A stretch of DNA of 64,000 nucleotides from Candidatus Adlerbacteria bacterium. GTDB lineage: Bacteria > Patescibacteriota > Minisyncoccia > Phycocordibacterales > SBAW01. Below, piece by piece: positions 1-8,809 of this stretch. How positions within the stretch are numbered: position 1 is the stretch's first letter; every line of letters starts with the position of its first letter. The notes under the pieces are model-generated. The model was given only the letters and a program-made list of their open reading frames with translations, was not told where the DNA came from and made no database searches. The stretch spans positions 171,138-235,137 of the forward strand of contig JAPLUW010000001.1 of assembly GCA_026397405.1 (NCBI GenBank). Direction: 5' to 3'. A program made the translations under genes and the position numbers.

Positions 1-384
1 TTCCAGGAATTGCAGCGATAGCTTTAATCTCGTCTGCGCTGACATATGTTCCACCAAACACGCCGCCTGCAAAGGCCAAGTGCTCGGGGAACTTTTTGAC
101 AAAGACTGCAAGTTCGCGCGCTGGCGCTAGTTCGTCTTTTCCGTACGCCATAGCAATTTCGCCATCAAGTTCAGGGAACGAGCCTGCAAAATTTGCTGCA
201 TCAAGTGCACGACGGACAAGGGTCTTTTTTGCTACCGTGTAGCCTACGTCCTCCTTGCGCAGCGCACGGCGGAGTTCGGTCTGTTCAGCAACTGTCAGGC
301 TTTTGAACTTTGCAAACACGAGAGTCGACGCATCTCCTATGATGCCGTTCATGCGTTCTACAATTTCTGCCTTTTTTTGTTTTG
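1..384 (-). CDS. rplJ: 50S ribosomal protein L10, N-terminal part (gene continues beyond window start)
   Basis: Minus-strand ATG at 384..382; translation MAITKQKKAEIVERMNGIIGDASTLVFAKFKSLTVAEQTELRRALRKEDVGYTVAKKTLVRRAL... is a typical L10 N-terminus; absent from ORF track because truncated by the window edge. Confidence 0.8.
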
Positions 385-681
385 TAATTGCCATAGGAAA
401 AACCTATTTCTTGTAGTGCCACAGCACCCTCGCGGGACTGTGTATAAGGGCTTTTGAGTTCGACCTCTCGGCAGGAGTTCTTGTGTATTACTTCCCTTTT
501 CGGGAATCCTGCTGTCTTCGCGGCCCTTGTTTTGTAGACTACTGGGGTAACGCGACATTGTCAACCGGCCGTGGCTGCCCCTCTGCCACAAACGTGATGA
601 TAGAAAATGCCACTATAATAATCACCAAAAAACCGAAGAGAAACTTGAAAAAAGTCTTCGTAAAATATCGTTCCATGTATG
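385..681 (-). promoter_or_regulatory. Long 5' leader/promoter region of rplJ (candidate L10-leader autoregulatory RNA)
   Basis: ~300 nt non-coding with GC-rich helices directly upstream of rplJ; bacterial rplJ genes are known to carry a structured autoregulatory leader; not verified with a covariance model. Confidence 0.3.
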
Positions 682-1356
682 TTACTGGAGCGCAGCAAGA
701 GCCTTCTTCAGGTCGGCATTATTTGGGTTTGCAGTAAGACCCGCTTGCAGTGTTGTTTTTGCACCCGCAGCGTCATGCATGTTGATGTTGTACATCGTTG
801 CCAAATTTAAGTACGCACCAATGTTGTCGGGCTGGAGCAAAATAAGTTTGTTCCAGTAAATTCCCGCCTGTGCATATTGGTGCAGATAATTTTCGTACAA
901 GTCAGCTAAGTTGTTGTACGCAATAGGGTCCTTCGGCCAGCGCTTAGTTGTAAAAATCCAGATTTCTTCTGCACCCGTAAAGTCATTTGCGCCCTTGCGA
1001 AGTGCGGCCAACTGCAGCCAGTACCCAATATGGGTTGGGTCAAACTTCAACTGTGCCACTGCGGTTGCTACCAATTTTTTATTATCATCTTGCACACTTT
1101 GCGGCAAGGTAGAAAGTGGTGTGTATGGCCGGGTTAGGTCAGGCGCTTTAATGCCCGACGTGTCGACAACTCCCCCAACGTGCACTCCCCCGTTCGCGTC
1201 AGTTCCCGTCGGTACTGTTGTAGATGCTGTTCCGCCTGTGTCAGTAGTTGTAGGTGCTATTACTTTGCGTGTGTGGGCTATATATATAGTTGCTGCTATA
1301 GCAATAATAACTACTGTGCCGACTATGCCGTACCATTTCCGTGTTTGTGGTTCCAT
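682..1356 (-). CDS. Membrane-anchored TPR-repeat protein (N-terminal TM helix, T/G-rich linker, C-terminal TPR-like repeats)
   Basis: ORF 224 aa; hydrophobic segment VGTVVIIAIAATIYIAH, low-complexity TTTDTGGTASTTVPTGTD linker, repeated A/Y/L-rich TPR-like helices (NLADLYENYLHQYAQAGIYWNK, AYLNLATMYNINMHD). Confidence 0.55.
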   Translation of the reverse strand: MEPQTRKWYGIVGTVVIIAIAATIYIAHTRKVIAPTTTDTGGTASTTVPTGTDANGGVHVGGVVDTSGIKAPDLTRPYTPLSTLPQSVQDDNKKLVATAVAQLKFDPTHIGYWLQLAALRKGANDFTGAEEIWIFTTKRWPKDPIAYNNLADLYENYLHQYAQAGIYWNKLILLQPDNIGAYLNLATMYNINMHDAAGAKTTLQAGLTANPNNADLKKALAALQ

Positions 1357-1390
1357 ACATCTATTTTACCCCCTGGAGAACAGAGAGCAA

Positions 1391-3277
1391 CTAGTGCGCT
1401 TGTAGCTCATCAAACCAGAGGTTTGCACCAAGGTCATTGCGATAGCCCGTGGTCGACCAAAGCGCCACTCCGTCAAATTGTGTGCCCGCCGTAAAACCTG
1501 TGTCTACCCATGCACAGTCGGCAACATTGCTGTCATCTTCTAACACACAACTTTGCACAAACGAGGCCCCTTGTCGCCAAGCAACATAATATTGATGCCA
1601 GACATTGTCTACAGGCGCATGATTTAAAAAATTTATTCGCTCTGCGTCCGTACACCCTAGAGCCACGCCTACACACACTGAGATTTGGGGGTCAGGACTA
1701 TTAAAACCACTCCGAGCTTTTACATATACCGTAAATGCACCTGTATCGAGCGCTGGGGGTAGCTCGACATACATACGCGGGATGAGTAGGTCGGTGCTGG
1801 TCGTGCTTAAGAAACCAACAACACACCCGCCGTGGAAACACTCGCCGTCACTACCATCGTCAAATTCAAAATTTCGAACATTACTTCCAAACGTCTGCCA
1901 CCCAAGCAGGTTGAACGAGTCAAATGTGTCCGCAATAGAACTTATCGGCGTAGGTGGTGTCGGTGGTGCTGGCGGGGAGGTTGTTGCGTCTTGAGTGCTC
2001 GATGCCACAGAAGCTAGGTTAGTAGGACTCGGTAGCGCACTCCCTCCAAACACAGGTGTCGATGTTGCTATAAAAGGTGTCGTAGTTGCACTTGTTGTGG
2101 TTGCGCTAGTCGGGACAGGCATTGCTGGACTAGAGGTCGAGCTAGAAATTGCCTCTGATGTAGAAGACGTTGGTGTTTGAACGCTCTCTGGTTCGAGTGC
2201 CATGAGCGCTGCACCTCCCTGAGTTTTGTTTAAGTCGCGGTAACTATTTGTATCAATGCTTGAGCCATACAACTCTTTTACAACAGCAAAATTCTTTTCT
2301 GCATTTTCAGGAGCCGTCGGGTTTACTGCAGGGCCAGACAGCAAACTTGCGACCGAGGTAAACACCGAATCGGCAGCTGCATATCCCGCTTGTGCCATAC
2401 CGGCAGCAGTGTTTACTACAAACACAGCGCTTCGATACGTCGCCACAACACCCGTACGTATAACAGCGGCTGTCGGGTCAGCAACAGCAAAAAGCACGTT
2501 CTGCACTTTGTCTCCAGTACTGATGTCAGGTGGAGCAAAGCAGTCCCCCGTGTCCAAACTAAATGCCGGGATAAGGGTACGTAGCTCCCCAGAAATATCG
2601 GCAATGATTCTATCTTTCGCACCTGCCACATACGCCCCATTAAAAGAATGTCCGGGGAAAAACTCTGTAGTATTTCCTGGCAAAATAGATATATCAATAT
2701 TGGGCGATAGTGGCACTGGCACATGAAGTTTTTGTGCAAGTTGTGCTACCAGCGTTACAAGTACATCATTTTTTGACGTAAGATACATCCCTCCTCCTGC
2801 GGTGTACGATGCAGGAGTTGCCACGTTATACACTCCGAGCGCTTCTCGAGGCTCTCCATGCAAAGTGAGATAGGAGTATAAGGAATTCGCATACAACGTA
2901 CCTTGCGAATGACCTACCAACAAAAGTTTTCGAGTTTTTACCTCTGTATACATTTGTCGTAAAATACTGCGTAGATCGTAGTCAGTAACGGAAGAGTTTA
3001 GGAGTTGAAATGCTGACTGTACCAAATCCCCCACTCCTTCAAGATGAGTAGCGTTATACCCAAGCTCAACAGTTAAAGGTTCTCCGTTTATTTGTTTAGG
3101 CAAAATGTATGCGAGAGTATTTTTATCCGATTGAGCCTCCTGTTCCGTATGGAATATACCGTTCACAAAAATAATACTGTATCCAGTAGCTGAACATGCA
3201 GCCTGAACAATAAAAGGCAGCCCAAAAATCAGGAGGGTGGATAGTACTGTTACAACATACGCGTATCTATATCGCAT
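1391..3277 (-). CDS. Secreted alpha/beta-hydrolase (lipase/esterase-like, GHSQG nucleophile motif) with S/T/P-rich linker and C-terminal beta-rich domain
   Basis: 628 aa; N-terminal signal peptide MRYRYAYVVTVLSTLLIFGLPFIVQAA; LLVGHSQGTLYANS matches the GxSxG serine-hydrolase nucleophile elbow; long STSEAISSSTSSPAMPVPTSATTTSATTTP linker. Confidence 0.65.
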   Translation of the reverse strand: MRYRYAYVVTVLSTLLIFGLPFIVQAACSATGYSIIFVNGIFHTEQEAQSDKNTLAYILPKQINGEPLTVELGYNATHLEGVGDLVQSAFQLLNSSVTDYDLRSILRQMYTEVKTRKLLLVGHSQGTLYANSLYSYLTLHGEPREALGVYNVATPASYTAGGGMYLTSKNDVLVTLVAQLAQKLHVPVPLSPNIDISILPGNTTEFFPGHSFNGAYVAGAKDRIIADISGELRTLIPAFSLDTGDCFAPPDISTGDKVQNVLFAVADPTAAVIRTGVVATYRSAVFVVNTAAGMAQAGYAAADSVFTSVASLLSGPAVNPTAPENAEKNFAVVKELYGSSIDTNSYRDLNKTQGGAALMALEPESVQTPTSSTSEAISSSTSSPAMPVPTSATTTSATTTPFIATSTPVFGGSALPSPTNLASVASSTQDATTSPPAPPTPPTPISSIADTFDSFNLLGWQTFGSNVRNFEFDDGSDGECFHGGCVVGFLSTTSTDLLIPRMYVELPPALDTGAFTVYVKARSGFNSPDPQISVCVGVALGCTDAERINFLNHAPVDNVWHQYYVAWRQGASFVQSCVLEDDSNVADCAWVDTGFTAGTQFDGVALWSTTGYRNDLGANLWFDELQAH

Positions 3278-3843
3278 GGGCTATCTTGAAGACTTCCGTA
3301 GCTAGTAGTAAACGAGTAGCTATAGTTTTCCTGTTTTTTGCGAATTTCAGTGTTGAAAACTAAACCCTTGACCTCATTCGTTCGAGACATATATGTTTTA
3401 AAATCTTTTGTTGTCAGACCAATACACGCATCACTTCGCGAATCTTCTTGAGCGGCAGCTTTCCATGTTTCAGTATTAAAAACTTGAGTCAAAAACATTT
3501 GCTGCGCCATGGCCGACTGCAACTCCGCTGCGCGGATTTGAGGAGAGTTGGGGTAGGCTTTAAAAATTGCTAATTCTACGTCATCACGAATGTCGTTGTG
3601 ATTTGTATCAATACCCGCAACTGTTCTGTTATTTGCCTCTACATCTGGTATAGGAGGTAGGTGCTCCCCTACGACATCATCCACGGTAATTTTTTGTGCA
3701 TGAATATGAGCCACGGCAGTGGCGGTTTTTTGCTTCTCCCCTACTGCAGGAATTCGGTATAAAACAAGTCCACTATATAAAAATAGAAGTATGCCGAGAG
3801 GCCAACGAGCGACGAGCCAAAGCTGTAAAAGCCTAGACTTCAC
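3250..3843 (-). CDS. Hypothetical membrane-anchored protein
   Basis: 197 aa ORF with N-terminal TM helix (LLQLWLVARWPLGILLFLYSGLVLY); 28-nt overlap with downstream hydrolase gene suggests an operon. Confidence 0.45.
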   Translation of the reverse strand: MKSRLLQLWLVARWPLGILLFLYSGLVLYRIPAVGEKQKTATAVAHIHAQKITVDDVVGEHLPPIPDVEANNRTVAGIDTNHNDIRDDVELAIFKAYPNSPQIRAAELQSAMAQQMFLTQVFNTETWKAAAQEDSRSDACIGLTTKDFKTYMSRTNEVKGLVFNTEIRKKQENYSYSFTTSYGSLQDSPCDIDTRML

Positions 3844-3888
3844 ATAAAAATTGTATCACGCAAAAAAAATGGCTGCGCCCACATACGA

Positions 3889-3918
3889 AAAAGCCCCCTC
3901 GTGAGAGGGGGCTTTTTC
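3889..3918. terminator. Rho-independent terminator (bidirectional hairpin) downstream of the giant surface-protein gene
   Basis: aaaaagccccctcgtgagagggggcttttt: 9-bp GC stem flanked by A- and T-tracts. Confidence 0.6.
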
Positions 3919-3947
3919 TGAGCTGAATCAGCTTACGCTAGGTCGAA

Positions 3948-6900
3948 TTACTTCGAGATAGTGTTGCTGAAGCAGTCCTGACCAAGGCCTGAAGATGCAA
4001 AGCATCCGCCGAGACCGTAGCCGTTTGTCCAGTCATTATTGGTTGTTGGAGTCAACACTGTTGATGTTGATTCTGGTGACCAGATAATGTTGCTTGCCTG
4101 GAGAGTACCTGCTGTTGTCGTAGCCAAGCCATTGCCGTTTGAGACAATGAGTGGGAGAGACGTGTCAGCCTTGAGGAAGGTCGAGACTGAACCTGTCGTG
4201 TTTGTACCTGTAAGGGTAACGTTTGCACGGAGGTTGTAAGTCTTGGTTGTTCCTGCTGCCACAACCGCATCAGACGTGTTCGATGAGCTGTCGAAGTAAA
4301 CTACGAGGTTGTTACCTGCAGTTGTAGTCGCAAGCGTGGTCGAAGCGACGTTACCGTTAGGACCTGTGAAGGTCGGGCTGGTGATCGAAGCTGTCGATGT
4401 GTTGATTGTGAAGGTGAGCTTGTTGAGCGTTACGTCACCCTTTGAGTCCGCACCGACGGTGAGGATCAAGAGAGTTTGTGTACCGCTACCAGCCACAGCG
4501 CCTGTTGTGCTGTATGTGAAGGTTGGGAACGATTTGTAGATCGTTGCACCGTTCACTGCAGTCGTTGCGCTTGAAGGCTGACGATTCTGGCCAGATGCGA
4601 CACCAACACCGTAGGTACCGTTTGTACCAGAGACGTTAGAACCATCGTAGTTGACCTTTATAGTGTCACCTGAAGCTGTCAAAGGACCATTGGTGCTGAT
4701 AGCAGCAATGTCACCCTTGATAACGAGGACACGAGAACCGTTGACCGGGATGCGGAATGCACCCGATGCAATTTGTGACGAAGTTGCATTTGTTCCAGAC
4801 GGGAATACCGCTGTACCAACTTGCGTGTTCGTTGTCTGATCCCACAGAGTGACCTGGTTGTTTACGAGGTCAGTGCGAGTACCGCTCGAAAGCTTAAGAG
4901 CAACCTGGCGGAGGTCAATTGCCTCGTTGGTGCCAGAGAAGCGGATGTGGCCGAGGTCAACACCTGTTGAACCTGCAGATACAATGCCGAAGCTTGGAGT
5001 GCTTGAGTCAAGAGCAACTGTCATAGTACCGCCTGATGATGCCGTCATAAGATTGCCGGCATTTGCAGTAAAGGTACCGTTAACTGTTGAACCGCTCGTA
5101 ACACCTGATGCACCTGCAGTTTCAGTTCCGAGGAAGCCGAACTTGTAGGTACCAGTTACACCGCTGCGTACGTCGCAGTTAAGTGCAAGGGTGACTGTTG
5201 TTCCTTTCGGTACAACGATACCACCGCTGTTGAGCGAGAAGCTTGTGTCTGTACCTGAAGCCGGCACTGTTGCCGAAGACGGGTTGAAGACATGCTGGTC
5301 AGATACGCTGGTTGAACCAGAGTAGAGCTGGCAGTTTGTCAGGTCGTTTGCGCTACCACTCCATGTGTATTCAACAGGGAGAGTTGTGAGGCGCAAATCT
5401 TCGCCAGACGCAGTTGCATCAAGAATGATGTTTGCGAATGTGAATTGGTTTGAACCTGCAATAACTGTCTGTGCAATCGGAACTGATGAGACTGTTACGT
5501 TCAACGCTGCGGCCTTTACTGTCTGCGACGCGCTCGTCAAAGAGCTTGCCGGAGAGATAGTGAGGCTGCGGCCAGTTGTCTGGCCTGTAACGGTTGTCCA
5601 CTGAGTCGACGGAGTTGTCGAAGCCTGGATAGTGTCGTTAGTTACGAAGTTGGTGCCAAGTTTACCCTTCAAGAAGAGCTGAGTTGTTCCAACTGGGATA
5701 GTAACTGTGTCGGTGAAGGTTACGAGAGCGTCAGCTGTTGTGCCACCTGTTGTAGCGTCAACTGGGCCCGCAAGCACTGCGCCATTCTGATTCACGAGCG
5801 AAACGCTTGTGATGTCAGCGTAGGTAGCTGCTGAGCTGCCGGCAGTGATCTGGAAGATCATGCGTCCGACAGTTACCGGTTCACCCTGGTCCTGGACAGA
5901 GAAGCCGCCGAAGATCTGGTTCTGCTGGTTGATAGCAACGTTTCCAGAGGTAACTGCGTTCGAAGTCGAAACAGTTATGATACCTGCTGAAATTGTTGCT
6001 GTGAAGCCAGCGTAGTAAGGATCGTCAGATGATTTAACTGCACCGCAGTATGTACCTGCAGCAACACAAGCGTTTGTTGCGTTTGTGCCAGAGCCGAACG
6101 ACGGCAAGATGCCGTAGCCGTACTGTGCACCAACAACGTTGATGTCAGCTGCCTTCTGGATGTCGAAGACAACAGTTGTAGCAGAACCGTTTGCGATGTC
6201 ACCCTGGATTGCAACATCCTTAGAAAAGCCCTTCTGCATAAGAAGACCTGTTCCTGGGAATTGTGCAGTGTAGTAGTTGTCAGTTGAAACTGTTGTCGGA
6301 TACGACACGCCATCAACTGTAACTACAACATTTGAGAGGTATGACTGAGAAACTGAACCAGTCTGGTGGAAGCGGATTGACTTCACGTATGTGTCTTCCT
6401 GTGATCCTGCTGTAAGGCGGATCGAAGAGAATACATATGCAGTCTGACCTACGTTTTCAGTGTTTGCTGAACCCGGGTCATTTGTACCGCGTGAACCTGT
6501 GACAGTACCAATGAGAGTTGTTGTCTCGTTGATTGTGTCAGCTGCACCGCTGATAGGTAGGGAGCCGCTGTTGACTGCCGCGCTGGTGTTAACCGCAACG
6601 ACAGAGAAGCTTGCGACCTGACCTGCGTAGCCACTTGTAGTACCGCGGTTAGCCGCAACCGTGAAGGTCATCGACGTACCGTTAGGGATAACAACCGGAG
6701 CACCAACCACCGCCTGGTGATTGCTGTTCAAAGTCTTGCTGATGCCAATTTGGTTACCGTTTTGGTCGAGCAACATAACGCCGCTGAAAGCTGCGTCCTG
6801 TGCAATACCATCGCGCTGAACCGTAACGTTGTTAAGCGTTACATCGCCACCTGAAGCAGTGACTGTGAAGCGAGTAAACGGAATACGTGCCGCGTTGTTC

Positions 6901-7361
6901 GGAGCAATGCCATTAGCTGGCTGTGCTGCTGCCGATACCGTTGCAGTACCGTTTGTTCCTGGAGTTGGTGTCGGAGTTGGTGTTGGGGTTGTACCTGCAC
7001 AGAGCGAGTTAAGCTTTGCGCGAGTGACAGGACCAACGTTACCAAGCTGGTCGATACCATTTGCTGCCTGGAACTTCATTACTGCTGCCTTTGTCTTTGC
7101 ACCGAAGTACATAGACTCGAGACCTGGAGAACCTGCACCCGTGCTTGAAACCATAGTGCTTGAAGTCATGTTCAAGAACTGCTGGAGCTTCATAACTTCT
7201 GAATTCGTCACTCCAACTGAGAGTGCCTTTGTCCAGACGTTCGGGCATACAGACGCAGCATGTGCTGGTGTGGCAAGAGCCGTACCAAACATTGCTGCGA
7301 CAATTGCTGCGACACCGAGTGTCAATGCAGCAAGCCGTGTAGAACTCTGAGTAATAGTCAT
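3948..7361 (-). CDS. Giant secreted/cell-surface protein with N-terminal peptidoglycan-binding (PGBD-1-like) domain followed by long T/S/G-rich beta-repeat region
   Basis: 1137 aa; signal peptide MTITQSSTRLAALTLGVAAIVAAMFGTALATPAHA; VMKLQQFLN...AAVMKFQAANGIDQLGNVGPVTRAKLN resembles PG_binding_1; (TP)5 linker; remainder low-complexity Ig-like repeats. Confidence 0.75.
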   Translation of the reverse strand: MTITQSSTRLAALTLGVAAIVAAMFGTALATPAHAASVCPNVWTKALSVGVTNSEVMKLQQFLNMTSSTMVSSTGAGSPGLESMYFGAKTKAAVMKFQAANGIDQLGNVGPVTRAKLNSLCAGTTPTPTPTPTPGTNGTATVSAAAQPANGIAPNNAARIPFTRFTVTASGGDVTLNNVTVQRDGIAQDAAFSGVMLLDQNGNQIGISKTLNSNHQAVVGAPVVIPNGTSMTFTVAANRGTTSGYAGQVASFSVVAVNTSAAVNSGSLPISGAADTINETTTLIGTVTGSRGTNDPGSANTENVGQTAYVFSSIRLTAGSQEDTYVKSIRFHQTGSVSQSYLSNVVVTVDGVSYPTTVSTDNYYTAQFPGTGLLMQKGFSKDVAIQGDIANGSATTVVFDIQKAADINVVGAQYGYGILPSFGSGTNATNACVAAGTYCGAVKSSDDPYYAGFTATISAGIITVSTSNAVTSGNVAINQQNQIFGGFSVQDQGEPVTVGRMIFQITAGSSAATYADITSVSLVNQNGAVLAGPVDATTGGTTADALVTFTDTVTIPVGTTQLFLKGKLGTNFVTNDTIQASTTPSTQWTTVTGQTTGRSLTISPASSLTSASQTVKAAALNVTVSSVPIAQTVIAGSNQFTFANIILDATASGEDLRLTTLPVEYTWSGSANDLTNCQLYSGSTSVSDQHVFNPSSATVPASGTDTSFSLNSGGIVVPKGTTVTLALNCDVRSGVTGTYKFGFLGTETAGASGVTSGSTVNGTFTANAGNLMTASSGGTMTVALDSSTPSFGIVSAGSTGVDLGHIRFSGTNEAIDLRQVALKLSSGTRTDLVNNQVTLWDQTTNTQVGTAVFPSGTNATSSQIASGAFRIPVNGSRVLVIKGDIAAISTNGPLTASGDTIKVNYDGSNVSGTNGTYGVGVASGQNRQPSSATTAVNGATIYKSFPTFTYSTTGAVAGSGTQTLLILTVGADSKGDVTLNKLTFTINTSTASITSPTFTGPNGNVASTTLATTTAGNNLVVYFDSSSNTSDAVVAAGTTKTYNLRANVTLTGTNTTGSVSTFLKADTSLPLIVSNGNGLATTTAGTLQASNIIWSPESTSTVLTPTTNNDWTNGYGLGGCFASSGLGQDCFSNTISK

Positions 7362-7914
7362 ATTTCTAATTCGAACAATTAATAATTACTTGTAATCTTG
7401 CGAATAAAAACGAACCGAAACATTTCTACCCGCCACTCTTGTAGCGAGAGTCGGCGCCTCTTGTACCCTCCTTTAGTAAAGGAAGGAGAGGTGCCGCCAC
7501 CCCGCAGAGAGAGTAGCGCTTGGTAGCAAAAAAGAAGTGGGAAACTCAACCATAGCAATCATGAAGGAATAAGGAATTTCTGGAACTGATGATCTCTATA
7601 ACCTGTATATAGAGACGCCACGAGAACGCGATACTTACCGCGCCTTAGCTTGTTTGTCTATTCTGTTGTCAATGAACATTCCCTCAGTCTGGCGTTATCT
7701 GTAACTGCCCTGTATGCCGACGTTCAGTCGCTACTTACTAGTATAGGGCGGAGAACGCCTAGACTGCAAAAATACCCTGTGGACAACAGCGCAAATGAAC
7801 CCCGAGAGGGGCTTGCGGACGTGTATCCAGAGGTAGCACAAAAGTAGCATTTGGGGCTGGTTTGGTCAATTGAAAACCCTTGCAAAAATAAAAAGGCAAA
7901 AACGGACCCATTCC
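7362..7914. other. Unusually long (~550 nt) non-coding region upstream of the giant surface-protein gene
   Basis: No ORF with coding character; contains several local hairpins (e.g. ccttt-agt-aaagg); function (5' UTR, promoter, ncRNA) undetermined. Confidence 0.3.
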
Positions 7915-8652
7915 TTATATAGGCATGTACACACTCCACCGACGCTCGCCTACTTTTTTTACCAACCCACGCTCTATAAGGACAGCGAGCTCCCGCTGTA
8001 TTGTCTTTTCGCTGCAGCCCCGGACAGCGGCAGAAATGTCCTTTATTGATGAACTTTTCTTACTAATAACAACGTCTAAAACCTTCTGGGTTCGTGCACT
8101 GATGGCCGATATGTCTGTGTCCTTTTGACCTTTAGACTGTCTTTTAAGATTGTCTTTTAGCTCTACATCGGGCAACGTTTTGGAATCAAAACCACGAGCC
8201 TCTGTACCCAGAGAAAGTGGCCCCTGCCCCGCGTCGATGTTTGGGACTGCAAAGTCGCCCGACGACGTAAAAGGCGACGGATGTATGCTTGCCGAAAATC
8301 GCTCCACAACCGTCTCGTACTCGTTCAATAAAATATAAATATTCTCCTTTGCAATAAGACCACTGGTGCCCGCAAGCCGCACCTTCGAAAGCAGCGAAAA
8401 AATATCCGCAACAACAACTGCAGGGTCTACTTCCCCTGCGGCAAAATGCACAATGGTCTGTGGCAGCTCTGCTGCAGAGAGTGCCAGCTTGTATGCCTCT
8501 CCCCTGTCCTTCAGCACACTTTGCTCGGCAAGAACAACAAGCACGTGGGCAATTTTTTCTGACTTCAGATAACAAAAATACCAATCATTTCGTCCTTTAA
8601 AAAGGATTGATTTTAAAGCAAATTCGTGGAATTTTTTTTCAATATCAGACAC
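7915..8652 (-). CDS. Putative transcriptional regulator with C-terminal winged-helix DNA-binding domain
   Basis: 245 aa; C-terminal KDISAAVRGCSEKTIQRELAVLIERGLVKKVGERRWSVY is a classic wHTH. Confidence 0.5.
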   Translation of the reverse strand: MSDIEKKFHEFALKSILFKGRNDWYFCYLKSEKIAHVLVVLAEQSVLKDRGEAYKLALSAAELPQTIVHFAAGEVDPAVVVADIFSLLSKVRLAGTSGLIAKENIYILLNEYETVVERFSASIHPSPFTSSGDFAVPNIDAGQGPLSLGTEARGFDSKTLPDVELKDNLKRQSKGQKDTDISAISARTQKVLDVVISKKSSSIKDISAAVRGCSEKTIQRELAVLIERGLVKKVGERRWSVYMPI

Positions 8653-8809
8653 AGAGTTTGTCTCTTATGCGTCCTTGAAAGTCCTTTAATTTATATAAGA
8701 CTTTTCAAAGACACCGTATGTCTTTGAGTATACTCCCGGCCAAAAAGAAAGCAAAAACGTTTCCCCACAACAGGAAACTGGAGGCGCGTGGTAGTATATT
8801 TCTATATCT

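Noticed and set aside
911-1494. Plus-strand ORFs 911..1405 and 1180..1494 (and many similar 60-170 aa ORFs antisense to large genes such as 6829..7350, 10360..10953, 11436..12110, 17596..18705, 25764..26753, 28184..29059, 53140..53841)
   Set aside because: They lie antisense within confidently identified genes (TPR protein, surface protein, ftsK, recA, MFS, ileS, TerC). They have low-complexity or Cys/Arg-rich translations and no independent signals; frame-shadow artefacts.
7362-7914. Possible tmRNA or RNase P RNA in the long intergenic region (GGGGCTGGTTTGGTC resembles a tmRNA 5' end)
   Set aside because: No downstream tag-peptide reading frame, no tRNA-like 3' end (…TTCGANTCC…CCA) and no GGAAAGTCCGGGCTCC/ACAGAAACCGGCTTA RNase P motifs found on either strand.
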